Made by a program: the position numbers and the translations under genes
NCBI GenBank assembly: GCA_041736175.1
Contig: JBGSUI010000217.1
Location: 32,001-96,000 of the forward strand
Origin: Oligoflexales bacterium
GTDB taxonomy: Bacteria; Bdellovibrionota_B; Oligoflexia; Oligoflexales; CAIYRB01
DNA length: 64,000 nt
Direction of reading: 5' to 3'
In this document: piece after piece, positions 59,792-64,000 of the stretch
Position numbering within the stretch: the stretch's first letter is position 1
How the letters are laid out: each line of letters opens with the position of its first letter
The notes under the pieces: generated by a model
What the model was told of the DNA's origin: nothing
Seen by the model: the letters and a program-made list of their open reading frames with translations, nothing else
Database searches by the model: none

Positions 59792-60171
59792 GGTCGTTGT
59801 CCCCAAGCAAAAGTCTAAGGTCTCAAGATGTGGGAGTCGTAAAACACCCCACTCAATCCATCGGACTGGCGCGCAAATACCTTAAAGAGGGCTAAGTTTT
59901 TTCCTCAGATGACAACCAATAATCGGAAGTTTTCCAAATGCTCCAAACATTTGCGGAGCGTGAGCTCGACTGTCAGCGACGTTTAAACTATTTAGAGTTT
60001 ACATGCTATTGTCGGGACTAATACCCTTGCTGTTCTTGAATTTCCGCCCAAATTTTGGAATCCAATTTTGGGCCAAGTCTGCTTTGTTTTTAAGTGCTTG
60101 TAAGAAATCATGACTCGGTCCATGATTAGCCCCTAAAGGATCTTGGGAATAGTCTGGAGAGGGAAAACACA

Positions 60172-62001
60172 TTGATTCAATTGCTGAATAATATATGGGT
60201 AGCGGTGTTCTTAACCCTCTATTTTCAATCGGGTAAGGTCCACTCCCAAACTCCGACTAAATCGCCGTCTCAATCAGCGACTGATCCGTGCCAACTGGTT
60301 CGCTTTGCGGACGTAGGCTGGACCGATGTGAGTGTGACAACGGCCATCACAGCTCAAATCCTCGAAGGCTATGGATACCAAACGGACCGTAAACTCCTTT
60401 CCGTACCCGTCACCTTTAGAGCCTTAAAAGACGGCGATGTGGATGTTTTTTTAGGCAACTGGATGCCCAGCATGGCCGCCGATATCAAACCCTATGTGGT
60501 CGATGGAGATCTAGAAACCATCCAAACCATTCTAAAAGGTGCAAAATTCACCCTTGCTGTGCCCTCCTATGTGGCAGAGGCTGGAGTGACGAGCTTTCGT
60601 GATCTGGAGCGCTTTCGCCCTCAATTTGGCGGAAAAATCTATGGAATCGAACCAGGAAATGATGGCAATCGTTTGATTCAAAATCTAATCGAAAGCCCCG
60701 ATTTTAAACTGGGCACCTGGAAACTGATGGAATCAAGCGAACAAGCAATGCTTGCCGAGGTGATCCAGGCGGTCGAGGAAAAAAAATGGATTGTATTTCT
60801 TGCATGGTCACCCCACCCTATGAACAATAAGGTAAATCTTCAATACCTAAAGGACGGGGATCAGTTTTTTGGAGCGCAGTTTGGGAACGCTCAGGTATTT
60901 ATCAATACCCGCCGGCAGTATAGTGTGGAGTGTCCTGTTCTAGGGAGGTTTTTTCGGACCCTAGAGTTTACGATCGATGAAGTCAACGAATTGATGGAAA
61001 TGGTGATGGATGGTCTAAGTCCAGATGCTGCTGCAACAAAATGGATAGCAGAGCATGGGGCTCGTGTGAAGAGTTGGGCCATCTCTTTAGAAAATGAGCA
61101 GAAGCTCCGTCCCCGAACGGTCGATGGGACCACGAAAGTGGCAGAGTCTAGCGTACTCGGAGTCTTTCAGGGAAAGCTAGGCTCCTTATTGCATCGGGGG
61201 AGTGATGTTTTAATCAAAAGACTGGACCAACACACCAGGCGGACCGCACAATGGACCAACAGTCAGTTGCAATCAATCGTTGATTTATCTCTTGCGTTGC
61301 CACCTTGGGTCACGATCGGATGCCTTGGACTGCTCGCGTGGCTTTTAGGACGGCCCTGGCAAACGGTGATCTTCACAGTCTTAGCCACAACTGTGGTCTG
61401 GGGGCTTGGGTATTGGCAGGAAGCCTGGGAGACTCTCGTCCTGGTTTTAGTCTCCAGCGGAGTGGCTCTGGGTCTCGGGATTCCTATGGGGATCTTAGCG
61501 GCAAAATCACCCGTGTTTTACCGGTGGCTGCGGCCCTTTCTGGATCTGATGCAAACTCTTCCGACCTTTGTGTATCTTATTCCTACGCTCATGCTTTTTG
61601 GTTTAGGGATGACCTCTGGATTGGTGGCGACCATTGTTTTTGTATTGCCGGTATCCATCCGCCTTAGCTTCCTCGGGATGGATGGTGTACCTGGAGACCT
61701 AAAGGAATTAGGCAAGGCTCTAGGGGCCAATTTTTGGCAAACTCTATGGAAAATCGAACTCCCTCATGCATGGCCAACCATCCGCACGGGGGTTTCCCAG
61801 AGTCTGATGCTGGCCCTTTCCATGGTCGTGGTGGCCGCTTTAGTCGGTGCAGATGGTCTCGGTAGACCAGTCGTTCAGGCACTTAACACAGTGGATTTAG
61901 GCAAAGGGATTGAAGCCGGGTTGGCGATCGTCGCTATAGCGATGACTTTGGACCGCATAGTTCAAGCGTCCGAATCCACTCTCCTCAAAAACAAGGTTTA
62001 G
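60172..62001 (+). CDS. choline/betaine ABC importer: substrate-binding domain fused to permease (ChoX-ChoW-like)
   Basis: VRFADVGWTD, FLGNWMP, YGIEPGNDGN, WSPHPMN; LDLMQTLPTFVYLIP, MLALSMVVVAALVGADGLG. Confidence 0.9.
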   Translation: MIQLLNNIWVAVFLTLYFQSGKVHSQTPTKSPSQSATDPCQLVRFADVGWTDVSVTTAITAQILEGYGYQTDRKLLSVPVTFRALKDGDVDVFLGNWMPSMAADIKPYVVDGDLETIQTILKGAKFTLAVPSYVAEAGVTSFRDLERFRPQFGGKIYGIEPGNDGNRLIQNLIESPDFKLGTWKLMESSEQAMLAEVIQAVEEKKWIVFLAWSPHPMNNKVNLQYLKDGDQFFGAQFGNAQVFINTRRQYSVECPVLGRFFRTLEFTIDEVNELMEMVMDGLSPDAAATKWIAEHGARVKSWAISLENEQKLRPRTVDGTTKVAESSVLGVFQGKLGSLLHRGSDVLIKRLDQHTRRTAQWTNSQLQSIVDLSLALPPWVTIGCLGLLAWLLGRPWQTVIFTVLATTVVWGLGYWQEAWETLVLVLVSSGVALGLGIPMGILAAKSPVFYRWLRPFLDLMQTLPTFVYLIPTLMLFGLGMTSGLVATIVFVLPVSIRLSFLGMDGVPGDLKELGKALGANFWQTLWKIELPHAWPTIRTGVSQSLMLALSMVVVAALVGADGLGRPVVQALNTVDLGKGIEAGLAIVAIAMTLDRIVQASESTLLKNKV

Positions 62002-62002
62002 T

Positions 62003-62905
62003 ATGATACCAACAATCTTAGAGTTTAAGGATCTCAGCCTGCTGTTTGGAGGTGACCCTTACCTCGGGAAAGCCCTTTTACAAAAAGGGGTCAGTCGGGA
62101 AGAAGTCCATAAAAAGGCAGGGGTTTTTGTCGCCCTGAGCGCCATTAATCTGGAGATAAAACTCGGTGAAATCTTGGTGTTGATGGGACCTTCGGGCTCT
62201 GGAAAATCCTCACTCCTGCGCTGTATCAATGGACTTAACGGCACGGGAGGCAAAGGCACTCTAGTCGGTGAGATCTTTTTGAGAGTCAACAATCAATCAT
62301 TTGCTCTTCACAAGGCCGATGCCCACCAATGGCAAACAGTGCGCACCCAGATGATTGCGATGGTTTTTCAACAGGCCAATCTTCTCGACTGGCGCACAGT
62401 CGCTCAAAACCTGGAACTCCCCCTTGAGGTTCTTGGAGTCCACCGCGAAGAAAGGCGTGACCGAGTTGCGACAATGCTGAAACTGGTCAACCTTCAGACC
62501 TGGGCCGATAAACGTCCCCATGAGCTCTCCGGTGGCATGCAGCAGCGGGTAGGTATAGCCAGAGCCTTGATCACGGAGGCACCCATCCTGCTCATGGATG
62601 AGCCCTTTTCGGCCTTGGATCCCTTGCTGCGCAATCAACTCCAAGAAGAGCTGATTGAACTAAACGAACGCTTCCATAAAACCATTGTCTTTGTAAGCCA
62701 CGACCGTGACGAAGCCATCCGCTTAGGCCAACGAGTGGCCGTATTAAAAGACAGTGTCCTCCTACAGGTCGGACATCCCCGCGAACTCACGGAGTCTCCA
62801 GCGGATCCTGCCGTGGCAGCCCTGCTACGGTTTCAAGATCCGTGGCAACAGCGCAAGGATTTTAACCTAAACAACATCGAAAGGAGCGGGGGAAAATTCC
62901 AATGA
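62003..62905 (+). CDS. choline/betaine ABC ATPase (ChoV/ProV-like)
   Basis: [34 protein letters not shown]. Confidence 0.92.
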   Translation: MIPTILEFKDLSLLFGGDPYLGKALLQKGVSREEVHKKAGVFVALSAINLEIKLGEILVLMGPSGSGKSSLLRCINGLNGTGGKGTLVGEIFLRVNNQSFALHKADAHQWQTVRTQMIAMVFQQANLLDWRTVAQNLELPLEVLGVHREERRDRVATMLKLVNLQTWADKRPHELSGGMQQRVGIARALITEAPILLMDEPFSALDPLLRNQLQEELIELNERFHKTIVFVSHDRDEAIRLGQRVAVLKDSVLLQVGHPRELTESPADPAVAALLRFQDPWQQRKDFNLNNIERSGGKFQ

Positions 62906-64000
62906 CCACCTGCGATAACACCCCCCAAGAGCCTAGAGAGCGCCCAGCGCCCTCGCTGCGGGCAACCATCAAACAAATATCTGACTACGAGACCTTGTTT
63001 GCCCCCCCTCCCCAGCCTTTCAAGGCTGTGAGGTATCGCCTCCTTGAGGGGTTGTTGTACCTAAGTCAGCGGCGACTGCAAAAACACTCCCATGGCTGGC
63101 AGCACCGTGAAATGACTTTGTCCTATCTTCGAGGTCGAGGGTCCCTGTGCTTCCATTCTAATGTATGCCACTTGATAGAAAATGACCCCAATGTCAGCAA
63201 CGGATGCTCCCGCGCAGCACAGCTTATCCTAAGGGCGCTAGTTTTTCGAGATTTAGTGGTCCGAGGGCAGTTGCCCTTGGAAATAGAAAAATCAACAGCC
63301 TTGGATCAAAGCTTTTATCACGCTTTTTTTGGGTGCATACGTCTCCCCGGTATCGGACAAGACTCTGTGCAGATGACTAGGGATAGCCAGCATCTGATCG
63401 TCGCTTGTCGTGGTGAGTTTTTTAAGGTTTCAGGAGTAACAGGAATCCCAACCCTTGGGGAGCTTGAACGGATCCTTACAGCGATTGTTGCAGAAGCCCG
63501 CCCTCAGACCCATGATCCCGGTCTTTGGACGACTCTACCTAGAGAGAAATGGGCTCGGCTTAGAATTAAACTCTTAAAAGACCCTTCCCAAGCTGAACTC
63601 CTGGACACAATAACAACGGCAATCCTTTGGGTGGCCTTGGATCTCGACGATCATCCACAAAACAACCAAGAAAGCGTTCGTCTATTAACGATAGATCGTT
63701 ACGGAAATCGCTGGTTTGATCGTAGCCAACAGTTGATTGTTTTTGGCAACGGTGTCGCTGGTCTCAATCGAGATCATACTCTTTTAGATGGTCACCTATC
63801 CCTTTTCTACCTTGAGTATCTCTCAGGGCATCGTTCAGTTCCTCATACCCCTCATCACGTCAACGACAGGGAACCCACACTCAAGTACCAATCCCTATCC
63901 AAAGATTATCGACTGCCGCTCGATCGACTGGACGACTATCACCGAACCTTGCAGCTGTGGGAGAACACCCGCAAGTCTTTTAACATTGAGGTTTGGGATG
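62902..64000 (+). CDS. choline/carnitine O-acyltransferase-family protein (partial; runs off the window)
   Basis: Hand translation open from ATG 62902 to 64000: YLRGRGSLCFHSN, RAAQLI, RLPGIGQD, HLIVACRGEFFKV, REKWARLR, GNRWFDRSQQLIVFGNGVAGLNRDHTLLDG. Confidence 0.85.
   Translation, partial: MTTCDNTPQEPRERPAPSLRATIKQISDYETLFAPPPQPFKAVRYRLLEGLLYLSQRRLQKHSHGWQHREMTLSYLRGRGSLCFHSNVCHLIENDPNVSNGCSRAAQLILRALVFRDLVVRGQLPLEIEKSTALDQSFYHAFFGCIRLPGIGQDSVQMTRDSQHLIVACRGEFFKVSGVTGIPTLGELERILTAIVAEARPQTHDPGLWTTLPREKWARLRIKLLKDPSQAELLDTITTAILWVALDLDDHPQNNQESVRLLTIDRYGNRWFDRSQQLIVFGNGVAGLNRDHTLLDGHLSLFYLEYLSGHRSVPHTPHHVNDREPTLKYQSLSKDYRLPLDRLDDYHRTLQLWENTRKSFNIEVWD

Noticed and set aside
60046..60073. Imperfect inverted repeat upstream of the choline operon as a BetI operator
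   Set aside because: It does not resemble the BetI box as I recall it, and no regulator gene is adjacent.
1..64000. CRISPR array, rRNA, prophage or intact IS element
   Set aside because: No regularly spaced repeats, rRNA signatures, phage structural genes, transposase or integrase were seen.

Overview
A 64-kb bacterial chromosomal segment. Gene content (flgF-flgL/csrA/fliW cluster, CarD, large S41 protease, many lipoproteins) suggests a Bdellovibrionota/Oligoflexia-like or related deltaproteobacterial organism; this is inference. Core genes: pnp, rpsO, carD, flagellin, tRNA-Ile2(CAU), rpoD, rimO, glpX, a flagellar rod/ring/hook-junction cluster, a liv ABC operon, tRNA-Gly(CCC), and GH42 and GH1 glycosidases. 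Accessory elements: a winged-helix/PRTase gene behind a perfect 14-bp operator-like palindrome, an XPB-like helicase/DUF790 (Bax1-like) pair, a phage-like nucleotidyltransferase, a GC-rich hipBA islet bounded by 47-bp imperfect direct repeats, and a higA-higB pair in reversed order. Top find: an ORF missing from the ORF track (62902 to the window end) encodes a choline/carnitine O-acyltransferase-family enzyme with its catalytic His motif, coupled to a choline-type ABC importer. Also notable: a GH1 gene that appears to need an ATT start, a long structured carD leader, and recurrent sigma28- and sigma54-type promoters upstream of non-flagellar genes. All product calls come from motif recognition by eye; no searches were run.
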